DNA from: Sphyrna mokarran
Lineage: Eukaryota
DNA length: 64,000 nucleotides
Direction of reading: 5' to 3'
Assembly (NCBI GenBank): GCA_024679065.1
Contig: JAGIQG010000026.1
Coordinates: 22,940,001-23,004,000, forward strand
Shown: in pieces, positions 13,781 to 25,500 of the stretch
How the letters are laid out: the number at the start of each line of letters is the position of its first letter
Numbering within the stretch: position 1 is the stretch's first letter
Position numbers and translations under genes: made by a program
Notes under the pieces: generated by a model
Databases searched by the model: none
Seen by the model: the letters and a program-made list of their open reading frames with translations, nothing else
Told to the model about the DNA's origin: nothing

Positions 13781-14085
13781 AGGACGGCGTGGTAGTACTG
13801 TGGTTAGCATTGCTGCCTCACAGTGCCAGAGAACCGGGTTCAATTCCGGCCTTGATTGCTTATGTAAGTGGAGTTTGCACACCCTCCCCATGTGTGTGTG
13901 AGTTTCCTCCAGGAGCTTTGATTTCCTCCCACAGTCCAAAGATGTGCAGTTAAGTACCTCTTAGTGTCAGAGGGATTAACAGGGTAAATACATAGGGTTA
14001 TGGAGAAAGGACCTGGGTGGGATTGTTGTCAGTGCAAACTTGACAGTGCAGGAGAAGGCCATTCAGCCTGTCAGGATCCTATGTA
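13781..14085 (+). mobile_element. Near full-length HE1-type V-SINE with a micro-inverted tail
   Basis: Head GTGGTTAGCATTGCTGCCTCACAG, B box GGTTCAATTCC, V core GTTTCCTCC...TTTCCTCCCACAGTCCAAAGATGTG, CR1-type tail. Confidence 0.9.
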
Positions 14086-14111
14086 GCTGGTGATGAAATC
14101 TAGCAATATCA

Positions 14112-14249
14112 GGGCCAGAATTTTCTGACCTTGCATGCAGATGGGATTCTCCTGTCCCACTACAGTGAATGGAGTTTTGGCTGAGTACCAAATTCTCCAT
14201 TCTTACTGGCAGTTATAGTGGGGCAAATGAGGCTGGAGAACCCCAGCCC
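14112..14249. mobile_element. Short MITE
   Basis: Imperfect TIRs GGGCCAGAATTTTC / GAGAACCCCAGCCC; internal hairpin GGAGTTTTGG...CCAAATTCTCC. Confidence 0.6.
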
Positions 14250-14593
14250 AGAGGTCCTTTGCTGTAAGCAGGAAGGATTTCAGTCTTCCCAAAACTGATT
14301 GTTATGCACTATAGGGACAATAAGAATAATGAAAATGCATTGAAATTATAGTGGATTGGGTATTCATTAATGAGGAATGCTGAATAAGTTGAGTGACAGT
14401 AAGGAAGCATTTGGGACTTGGTGACAATGGTGTTATTATTTTCATGGTAGTTGAAAGGTTCGAACATAAAAGGAAACCCATTAATAAGTTACATTTTGGA
14501 CAAATAAAAATTGTGGCCATGAGAGAATTACTAAAAATATTCCAGCCAGAGAAAATATTCAGAGGAAGAATCAATTGTGGAGGGGAGGGATAA

Positions 14594-14834
14594 GTTTAAG
14601 GTACAAGAGGCAAGGTTTAAAGGAAATGTATGAGGCAATTTTTTTTTTTTTACACGGAGAGTGGTGGATGCCAGATATTGGAAGCAGATACGATAGTGAC
14701 TTTTAAGGGACGTCTTGACAAATACATGAATAGAATGGGAATAGAGACAGGGACAGGGGATTTTAGCTCAAATGGGTAGCAGGCTTAGAAGGCCAAAAAG
14801 CCCGTTCCTGTGCTGTCATTTTCTTTGTTCTTTG
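14594..14834 (+). mobile_element. CR1 3' end fragment inside older CR1 remnants (about 14290-16340)
   Basis: TTTTACACGGAGAGTGGTG...TTTAAGGGACGTCTTGACAAATACATGAATAG, tail GTTCCTGTGCTGT...TTCTTTGTTCTTTG. Confidence 0.75.
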
Positions 14835-16951
14835 AAAGGATGCAGCTGAAAATGCAAAATTTAGCTAGATATTTTGTGAGATGGAAAATCAGCTTCTGCT
14901 TCAAATAGGGAGATTGAAGCAAGGTGGGTAACGAAGGAAGTAATGGGTTACGGAAAAAGAGAAAAGGGAACACATTTGAAACGATTTTGAAAGTGAGATC
15001 CACAACAATAGGCTCAGGAATGATAAAAGGTACCAGAAGAGAGCACCAGCGAAACAATTATAAATGTATAGAACTGCAAAGCCTTCTTGAAACATATCAG
15101 AAACAAACAAAGCCCACAGTGACAATGGGGAGGTGGTGACTGACAATAGGAAAATTACTGAAATACCAGACAAATTCTTTGCAACAATGTTAACAAAGGA
15201 AATCAGTGAAAGAATGCCAGATGCGTTATAATGTTGAAAATGTCAAATACAATTTGCCTTTTACACCTTCAAAAACGTTTAAAACCATAAGGGTGATTAC
15301 ACATGGGGGAAGTCGTAGAATTTCAGATGGATAAGACCATGAGCTGTGACAACTGTCGTCCAATCACCCTGAAGTCGCTGGCTGAGGTGCTTGTGAATCC
15401 CTTCACTACCATGCATAACAACTTGCTGCACCAGTGAGACATCACTTCCCACTCACTGCCAGTCTGAGAAACTGCTACTCTTTTTTATTTTCTGTTTCAA
15501 TCCACTGTACCTTAATTCTGTATTCCCCAGCATTTTCCATGTGTCTCTGATCAAAGGACTTCTGGAAGTTCCAGCATTGGTCTTGTTTAGTCTTGTTAAT
15601 TCTTCTAAAAATCAATAAGATTGGTTCAACGTGTCCTTCCTTTTCTATTTCCAGATATTTCATTAGCTGATCATTTAGCGAAAATTCTAAGATCTTTCCT
15701 GCCTCAAGTTATCTGGTCTGTAGTTTTCTGGATTATTTTTACTTTCCTTTTTTGAAAATAAGGATTAAATTCACTGTTAACCAGTTCATGCTTAGAGTGC
15801 AGAGAGATGCCAAGAGAGAATGCCAACTCAGCATACAGGCAAACATAAAGAAAAATAGCAAAGCCCTTTTCCATAGGTCAGTCGAAAGCAAAGTCTACAG
15901 TGGCGGATCTGGACACAATTGCAATGGACTGGTGATGACTCAAGGGCACGAAAATTGCCAAAATACCGCATGAACTTTTTCCATCACAAATTAAATAGGT
16001 GAAAAAGTGTTAGATGCAATGAAAGATACATACAGGAGAAGCCATGGGGTTTGATAATCACCATCCAGAGGGTACTATGGAAGTTGATCAGGAATGTGTT
16101 CATTCTCATTATATTACTTCAAACTGCAGGGATCAGAAAGTGCTGAATGGGACTCCTGATTTAAAAGGATGAATGATGAAATGACAGACTTGGAAGCTTT
16201 CCCTCAACTATGAGGAAATTGTTTGAAACTATAATGAGGAATAGAAATAGGGGTCATCTTGAGTTACAGTGATTAATTTAAAAAAAATAGCCAATGCGGT
16301 TTCAGTGGCACCAGATCATGCTTAACCAGTTCAATGGATTCCTCTGAAACCATGATTTGTGTCCTTTATCTCCAATGTGAGAATCATGGGCCATTATGTA
16401 TGAAAATACTGGGATTGAGTTTCTGCAGTATTCTTTCAATTGTCCACTCTAGCCTTGGCGGGAGATTTGCAGGTACCAGAGAGAAGGAGCATAAACATGA
16501 ATATCCCAAAGTTACAGTAGATAATTAGGAGAATATCTAAAAAAATTCAACCTCACGGTATTGTGGTAAGTACAATGGATCCATAGAAGGACATAACTGT
16601 AATTTCTCCAGCAATAAAAGAAAATTTCATTTCTATGAAAAGAATTACAATTATTTAAACTACAGCACAATGATTACAATGTGTGGTTCTTTTGTTTGAA
16701 TTATGTATTGGAATAGTGCCATTAAGCATTAAATTTATGGCCTCAGACTTAAAACTAAAATGTTTGTTTCAATGTCCTGGGTGCAAGGTTGAAACCAAAT
16801 TTTTCTTCTACCTTTGTTCTTTCTCTATCCCTGATTACTTGGTTCTACTTGCTGCATTGGTGTTCTCAAGTTCCTCCAATGCAACAACACATTGGCATTC
16901 CCTCAAATCCCAGCATCAACAGTTCCATATTCTCCCCCACACCAGCCCCCA

Positions 16952-17275
16952 ATCATACAGTCATAGAAACTCTATAATGCAGAAGGAGGACATTTGTTCC
17001 ATCAAGTCTGCACTAACAAAATCCCACAGAGGCCCTTTCTCCATAACCCCTCATATTTATGCAACTAATCCCCCTGACACTAAGGAGCAATTTAGCATGG
17101 CCAATGCACCTAACCTGCACATCTTTGGAGTGTGGGAGGAAACCGGAACACTCAAAGGAAACCCATGCAGACTTAGAGAGAACAAGCAAACGCCACAGTC
17201 ATCTAACGCCAGATATGAACCTAGGTTCTTGGTGCTGTGAGGCTGCAGTGTTAACCACTCTGTCATGGTGCAGCC
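16952..17275 (-). mobile_element. Full-length HE1-type V-SINE
   Basis: Reverse complement has tRNA head, V core (GGGAGGAAACCGG...GGAAACCCA on +) and CR1-type tail (TCATAGAAA on +). Confidence 0.9.
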
Positions 17276-18029
17276 GTGGTCAATTATACTCATCTCCCAC
17301 TAACTGTAATTTTGACCATAATTTCAGACCCTCTATCTTAAATGCCCTGAACATGAAGCTGCACAACTTATAAAATGAAACTAATGCTGAAAGAGTAAAA
17401 GGTAGTTTCCTAGAAATGTTTTGCACTTCACTTGTGCACTGCTTGTGCTTTACCACTTTCTTATTCGAAAGGTGCTTTCATGAACCAAGGTGATCTAGTT
17501 TGAACAGTTTGATTACCAGTACTATTACTAGCTCAATGAAGCACAGATGAATCATCCAACAGAGGAGCTTCAGAAGGGAGCTGACATGTCATGTGTTTTA
17601 TTTCATCCTCTTTTTTTAAAAGATGCAAAACATGCCAGTAATGTAAGCATTTACCTGTTTTGTAATTAAATTAACAGAGGTAGAGAATGCACAATGGAGA
17701 ACAAGAGTTATCATCAACTCTCTCATAGAGAAAGATAAATATATTAACAGTGTATTTTTAACTGCGTAATTACACTACACAGTCATGTTTAATTGGAAAT
17801 AGTTAAATGACAAATTATATAGTTTTCATAATACTTCATAAAATAATCATGCAGGCATAAAGTTTGACCAAAACAGTTCTGAACTGACTGCACTTCCGAA
17901 GAAGTGAGAGAAGGAGGTGTATATGAGAGAGAAGCTCAATTCAGTGAGCAAACAAACAGTCCCAACTACATCAAAATCGAGATGCTGACTAATGATTGTA
18001 CCGCGTTCAGTACCATTTGTAACTCCTCA

Positions 18030-18840
18030 GATACTGAAGCAGTCTGTGCTCGCAGATAGTTAGATCTGGACAACATTCAAGCTTGAGTTGATAAGGGATA
18101 AGTAACATTCGTGAAACACACATGCCAGGCAATGACTATCGCCAATGCAGGAGAATCTAACAATCCCCCCCTTGGCATTATCATTGCAAAATGCCCCCAG
18201 TATTAAGGTGCTGAGAGTTACCATTGATCAGAAACTTAACTAGAGCAGCTATGTAATTACTGTGGTGACAACAGCACATTAAAGGGTGGGATTCTGCGAT
18301 GAGTAACTCATCTGCTGAATTCCAAAAGCCTGTGCACCATCTACAAGGTTAAACACATGACTGAGGAATATTTTCCATTTGCCCGGATGAGCGCATCTCC
18401 AAGAAACTCAACACCATTCAGGACAAAGCAGCCCACATTACCTCTACAGCATTCATCAATTTAAACAATCACTCCCTCCACCGCCAGCACCATGTGGCAG
18501 CAGAATGGGCCCTGTACTGCAGCAAATCATCAATGCTCCTTTTTCAACCTTCAAAACCCTCCAAATCTTATGACTTCTACCAGGCAAGCAAATGCATGGG
18601 TACACTACAACTTGCAAGTTCCTCTCCAAGGCACTCACCATTCTGACTTGGAATTACATCGCTGGGGCTTCATTGTCACTGAAACAAAACCTGGAACTTC
18701 TTTCCAGACAGCATTATATCAAATGAACTGTAACATTTCAAGAAGACTACTCACTGTCATTTTCTCCCGAGCAGTTAGAGATGGGCAAATAATGCTGGTT
18801 TTGCCAGAAATACTCAGATCTCAGGAATGCATAAAAATAA
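18030..18840 (+). mobile_element. Decayed CR1/L2-group LINE 3' part (family of 1893-3550)
   Basis: GATCTGGACAACATTCAAGCTTG...CAGAAACTTAAC...CACCATTCAGGACAAAGCAGCCCAC; tail GATGGGCAAATAATGCTGG. Confidence 0.75.
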
Positions 18841-19114
18841 ATGATTAGAGCATGCGATAGGGGCTTTCTGGAGATAAGATAGTAAAATTCATCAGCATCG
18901 TGTATCATTCTAGAGTACTTATACGTTATGTCACTAAGCTGTACAAAACACGTCAACGTATATCACAGTGTCAGACCTTTGTTGACCAGCCAAGTACATG
19001 TGCCAGGCAAACACAAAGTTTTGTGTTTGCCTGGCAAACACTCAGCAATTATGGAAAGAAATTCAAAACACAAGTCATGTTAGATCAGTCCTATATATCT
19101 CAGCTTTATTCTTC

Positions 19115-19565
19115 GTAGGGATGTAAGTACCACTGGCTAGGCCACATTTATTTCCCACTCTAGGATGCCATTAAATAGGTTACAGTGAGGTTCCCTCTTA
19201 AACCACTTAAATCCATTTGGAGTAGGTATATGCACAGTGCTGTTAGGTGGGAAGTTCCAGGTTTTTGAGAATTGACAGTGAAAGAATCGAGACAAATCAG
19301 GATGTGGGTTAGGGAGAACTTGTAGGTGGTGATGTTCCCATGTGCCTGCTGCCATGTACTTCCAGGTGATAGAAATTATGGGTTTGAAATATACTGCTGA
19401 AGAAGCTTTGGAGAGTTGCTGCACTGCACCTTGTAGATGCAACACATTGCAGCCACTGTGTATTTGTGGTGGCAGCAGTGAATGTTTAAGGTAATTGGTG
19501 AGGTGTGATCAAGTGGGCTGCTTTGTCCTGGATGGTATCAAGTTTCTTGAGTATTGTTGGAGCAA
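19115..19565 (-). mobile_element. Decayed CR1/L2-group LINE 3' part, tail-to-tail with 18030-18840
   Basis: GTGGGCTGCTTTGTCCTGGATGGT and CACATTTATTTCCCA on + are reverse complements of motifs in the neighbouring copy. Confidence 0.75.
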
Positions 19566-19659
19566 TGGCCAAAGCGAAATCCATGCTATGCACCTCCAAA
19601 TATGCTTTTCCCTGGTTTGCTTGTGTCAATTAGGCACTTTAAGCAACATATGAATGCTA

Positions 19660-19895
19660 CAGAGGATCTGGTTTGCTCAGTTAGCTAGATAGCACATATC
19701 AGATCTGATTAATACCAACACCTCTTACTGAGTTAACACCAACAGCACAGGAATTGGTCCCCATTTCAACTGAGGCAGACCTGGGGCCTGCCTCCTCACT
19801 CTACCCATGGTTAAAAATAAATTCACAGCACTTAGCTGTGGTTGGGTGAATAATCTCTAAAGACTTGTCTTCGGGCAGAGAACTCAAGAAGATGT
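19660..19895 (+). mobile_element. Possible old tRNA-derived SINE
   Basis: A-box-like TGGTTTGCTCAGTTAGCTAG followed by a degenerate B-box region; family not resolved. Confidence 0.4.
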
Positions 19896-21185
19896 ATTTG
19901 TTATTTTATTTCCAAAATAGTTACTTGGAACTGAGAGTAATACCTTTGACCAGTTTGCGTACTTCACAAAAGTATTTTTCAACTTAGGTAAATTACCTAT
20001 CTCCAGAAATATTTTAGTATTTTTCTGATAATTGGCTTGTCAATTTTGAGTGAATTATATACATTTCAAAGTTCCTCTGGTAACCTACGCTCAAAATACC
20101 ACTAAACATCAGAGAATTGAACATCCCAGTTTTCCAGTTCCTGTTACAGTGCAGTATATCAAGCATTGGAAAATTCAACCAAGGCTCTCGCTGCTGGCCA
20201 CTATCCATCAATTTTTTCCAGAAAGTGTTCACCTGTGTGTGCCTGTGCTTCAGGCAAGTTAATTGGTTTCAGCTGTGAGTTTCTAAGCAGCTGAACAGAT
20301 CACAAATACCCACATGCAAAGAACTGAAAACAAACTGCATTTTGTGCAAACAGGTATCAATCTAATATGATACCGTATCCCAATAACTCACCAATATGCT
20401 ATTATCACCGTACTCTAAATATAATTCTACTATTAAAATTAGTTATATTTTCTAGAGTTAAAAAAATGATATCATACTCTATATTTATGAATCAAATGAA
20501 AACTATTTTGAATCCCAACTGGAAGTCTTGTTGACTTGGTTAAGGAGGCAATACCTCAAAATAGACCGTAATGTACCCCAATTCTTCCAAAAGATCCTTT
20601 ATGAAATTCTGCACAGAAGACTTAATGGACAAAGTCATGCAAATTCAAGGGAAGCCTGGAAATGAAAGCAGTTTTATGAAGAGTTTAGCAGCAAAGATAC
20701 ATATTAGGAAAATGATGTTAAATAGAGGAACCCCTATGTGGACTGCCCCATGGACTGTGGTTGTTGATAGGACTTTTATTATTACAACCTAAGTTCAGAA
20801 GTTTAGTGAAAACTGGTCAAATTCACAGATATACTAAACTGATTTGGGGGAAAGTATACTATTAAACTCAAAGGCTGCAAGCACATATAATCCCATAAAT
20901 CTAAATCTTCTCAAATTCCTACCTAACTTCAGGCAGAAGAGCAACAGAATCACTATATCCATATAGCAGTTTGGGGAGGGATGCATTGGAGACACAATTC
21001 CCATTTTTGAATATTATCCATGGTGAAAAGATTTGAGTAGTAATGATGCTGAAAAGATGGTCTGCAAAACATCAGATGAAAATAGGATCAAGTTCAGCTT
21101 TGATGCTCCTTGGACAGTTAGAGTTATTAGTAAACCTATTTAAAATGACCACTTAAATTATCTAGCATGCTGGGGGTTCACAATG

Positions 21186-21491
21186 ATCATAGAATCCCTA
21201 CAGAGCAGAAGGAGGCCATTCAATCCATCAAGACTGTACCAATAATAATCCCACCTAGATCCTATCTCCATATTTACCACATATTTACCATGCTAATCCT
21301 CCTAACACTAAGAGGCAATTTTGCATGGCCAATCAATCTAACTCACACACTTTTGAGCTGTGGGAAGAAACCAAAGTACCCAGAGGAAACCCACGCTGAC
21401 ACAGGGAGAACATGCAAACTCCACACAGAATCAAACCCAGGTCCCTGGCACCGTGAGGAGTAGTGCTAACCACTGTGCCATCATGCTGCCC
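21186..21491 (-). mobile_element. Full-length HE1-type V-SINE
   Basis: TCATAGAATCCCTACAG...AGGAGGCCATT tail, GAGGAAACCCACG V core, GTGCTAACCACTGTGCCA head (all read on +). Confidence 0.9.
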
Positions 21492-22431
21492 ATTTTCTAT
21501 TATTGGTGCCTTAGGAGCGAAGAGGAAAGATGAGAAGCGGGATGAGGAATTGAGAAATCTGAAAACGTGCCCAGAGGTGCTGAGAAATAACAGTTTCGTG
21601 ATAATTTATTACATTACTATTCAACTTAATTTAAACTTAAATTTATGAAAATCTATAGAATGGGCAACCATAGAAAAGGACCAAACAGTGAAGTTAGAAT
21701 ATGAAATTTTATTGATCTTATAAACTTTGAGCAGTTTAATTGGTATTTTCCAAGTATCCTAACTGATTTACGGCTTTATCCAGTATAAATTTGTTCATGC
21801 AATCCATACTAAAAGCAATGAATGGTACAGTGGCAGGAGCAAAAGGACCTAAAGGTTAATATTGATGTTAAACTAGAGAAGTACAGCATTACATGGTGGC
21901 TGATATGAGGCTGTTTTTTTTTAATGGACCATTTACTGGATTAATCCGTATTGCATTATGCAATTATACACTGTGTCCTGAGTGCTCTTTCAGAGAATTT
22001 TATATTTATTACCTTGTGGCCCAAGGCAAAGGGAATTTTCAAATTGAATACAGAAGAATGTCAGGTTAGAACGACTGACCCTCACATGGAGCTGAATTGC
22101 AACCTCAAAAATTAATCTTGAAAGGGGAAATGGATTGGCTGCTATATAACAGCTGGTTCAATCATTTTTATGATTAAGGGCCTGTCTGCTAAAGTCAAGG
22201 TAGAACACAGAGGAAGCACACTGTACATTACGTAATTTAGAATACCTTAAAATTGTTGCCATAGTGACAGCATTAGCTCAGTAATATCAAAGACGATATT
22301 GGTAATGCAACTTAGATTCAAAACTGATCAAAAACTACTCTTCTAAAATGTGAAAGGCAGTCTTATTTATCATATGTTTTATCTCTAAGCAGGTTGCTCG
22401 GTTTATATGTTCATTATTAAATATTTGGAAG

Positions 22432-22575
22432 TCTTGTGGCACAGTGTTGGTGCCCCTAGCTCTGAACCAGAAGCGTTGGGTTCAAGTCCAATGCCAGGAC
22501 TTGCTGGCATGGAAGGAGCATTCATAACACGGTTCAAATTGGCTGTTAATCAACTAGGGAATCCTTCTACCACTT
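22432..22575 (+). mobile_element. tRNA-derived SINE of a further family, 5' part
   Basis: GTGGCACAGTG...CTCTGAACCAGAAG...GGGTTCAAGTCC...GGAAGG...TTCATAAC; homologous to 37108-37425. Confidence 0.7.
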
Positions 22576-25500
22576 CCCCCACTATTCCCCAAAGGGAAAT
22601 ACAGTGTGAGTGTGAAGATGCACTAAAATAAAATAGAATATTTCAGCCTCCTTAAACAAGTTAACCAATTCTGTTCTGGCTTGCATGTGACCACTTAAGT
22701 ATCCTGCTCTTTTCTGGAAGTGCAATGAAGCAACACACTGAAGGGGTGTGGAGCGTAGGACTGGGAACCAACTACACAATCTATTAGACTCAACCAGTCA
22801 GTACTGAAGTAGAAAGCAGACTTCCAACTAAAATCATGCATCAGATCAAGACTAAGATCAGGTGCAATGCCTTTTCCTGTCAGCTTGGATCTTGTTTGTC
22901 TCTCTTGTGAGGATCATGAATTGGGTTCAATTTGAATTTGACTTTTGGAACAAGCAACAAGTTGGATTCAAGTCTGTACAGACCACTTTGTGCATTGGCT
23001 TTGCAACTTTACGAATGAAATAAAAATTAAACCACAATCGTGTTCCATTTCATAAACCTGTTAGGTCAATAAAATGATCTATTAGGCCACAATGCTATGA
23101 GCTTTTTTTGTTTGCAATGGAAATCTGAAGAAGCTATACTAGACGGTACTTGGTTTAAAGAAAATCCTTCATAAAATTCCTTCACAAAATCCAATTTCAT
23201 TTGGTAAGATAACATTTTAGTCATTATTGCACTTGCAATTAAATCCTTGAAGAAAGATCCATTTTATTGAACATTAACTCATCTTATGCATGTCCCTCAA
23301 CAGTCAGTGTGCAAAGTTATGATAATGTGACTATTGCTGTTATAAAATTGTAGAAAAAATATAATTGTAACATGTAATTTCCCATCATTTCCAATTTTCA
23401 CACTGTTGTATCTTAGTTTAGCTTCATGAATTCAACCAGGCAATGCTCTCTTAGCTCAAGGTGACAGAGATGAACAGGTACCTACGTCACAGTTCAAGTC
23501 TTTTCTGATGGAAAAATAGCATGGCAAATAATTGTAGAAATTTACTAGGTGGGTAGTGTGCTTTTAGATCTTTTTTGCAATATATTGTATTGACTTACAA
23601 ACACAGATCCAAAGAAACAAATAACTTAAAGGCATGACATTTAAAAAAAATCAAGCCCCCAGGGTTGAAATAGTTTCAGGAAGAGTAAGCCAGGCTTGTG
23701 TTTAGAGTGAGTTTGTTTGGATTTACTGCCAACTGCATATGGGTGGCCTTTCAATTTGTCTACTTAAGCCAACCCATTAATAAACAAAAGCAACAATGAA
23801 AAGGCACCACTATCTAACCACACCAAATAATTGAGAGGCCGCTTCCAGCCAGCCCAGCCAAGGGGGTGGCCCTGTGACAGTCTGTTCAGCCGAGGCTGCC
23901 AGCATTTCAGCAAGAAAAAGTAAAATCTCCTTGCCTTTGGTCCTGCCACCAGGCAGGCTCCTGCAGAAGTCAGGGTCAAGAACTAAGTCCTGTCCTTTTT
24001 ATCCAGACAACTGGGGTCAAGAGCAGTGAACTGATTTTTGGTTTCACAATATACAGAGACAGCTTAATAGATTGGCTTCTTTTGCAACGTAACACACACA
24101 GTTTAAATAAGTCTGGCTGTCACCTTTTTTTTAAAAGGAGTTTAACTGCCAAAACTTGAAGCCATGCCACTTTATAACACTCAAGACATGCAGCATTTCT
24201 TTCTAGATCTCAAATTAACAATTATTAATTCCATATCTGAAACAACACTTTACCAACATAATGTAACTGTATTTTTGAAACTCTGCGCATGATCGACTGT
24301 AAGATTAAAGTGAAATATATGCAAGAAGTACAAAACTCCATGGTAGCACTGCAGTTTACCTTGAATGTAGTTTCTATTATATTGTCCTGGTCTGGCCCCT
24401 TTCATTCTTGTGTGTTGATTATGAACTCACAAGAAATGAATGTTACTTTGAAAAAGGAATATTGTAACTTTAGCAATTCATAATTAATTTTTTAAAGCAA
24501 ATAAAAACTGAAAATTCTGGAAATCCGAAAGAAAACCAAATACCATACTTGGAATATCTGATAGCCAGTGGAAAAAAAACAAATTCATGCTTCAAGTTTA
24601 GACCTTCCGTCAGAAAACAAAGGGTGGAATTTTCTCTTCCTACCCATGACAACAGCAGAGAATCTAGGAGCCAAAAAGTCAAAAAACTGCCAGTATAAAA
24701 TCTCAGTGCAATTTTTCCATTTATTTGCATCTCATGAATGCTCTTTCAAACCGCCACCTGCCATTAGGCCTTCCAATCCTGTGTCAGTCTATGTTAGAAA
24801 TCACATCCGCATTAAACGCAATTGCTGAAGAGGTGGTATGCACAAGTCAGTTGGCAAGTGATTTTTGAGATGAGTACAACAATACTTTCTGTCATAGTGC
24901 TGCACTGCCCCGGATGCATTGTACACCACTCTGCCAATGAAGACCTCCATATCGAATTTGTCTTCATGGATAGCACTATGCTGCTGGACTCATGAACTCT
25001 CCTGTATCACCGAGTCAGATCAGCACAGCGCTTGGGGCTGAGGCTGTAGGGGCTCCTCCCTGATTGCGCCACATGCCAATGTCTATTTGGATAGCAGTGC
25101 GCTGTGGGAACCATGCAGCCACCACAACAGAGGTCCAAATTTCAACCGGGAATAGAGTGCAACTTGAGGTGTGGGGGGTTTGCTGACAATGACAAAGGGG
25201 GCAATGAAGAAGGAGGGCTGTGCGAGGAGAGAACCAAGTGAAGGGTCATTATGTTAGACACAGGGGCAAAGAGGTGATGCATAAATGTGAATAATGGAAG
25301 ACCAAGGGGAGGGTAGCTGGACCCTGACAAAGCTTCTTGAAAAGCTCACAAACAAGGGGGTCAAAGAGATACCACATCATTTACTGGAAGAGGATGAGTG
25401 AACACTCCAGATGCAGTGAATAGATGTCCCAGTGGTACTATGGCATCTCACAGGTGATGGACATGGAAGTTGGTTAAACCGAGGAACAGATTTCTCTTGT

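Noticed and set aside
13781-13850. tRNA gene
   Set aside because: SINE head with A/B boxes, no complete cloverleaf; no intact tRNA or rRNA gene seen in the window.
16683-17240. 185-aa ORF and other ORFs with GRKPEHPEETH-like peptides
   Set aside because: Translations of antisense V-SINE cores, recurring at 17059, 21167, 34939 and 51668.
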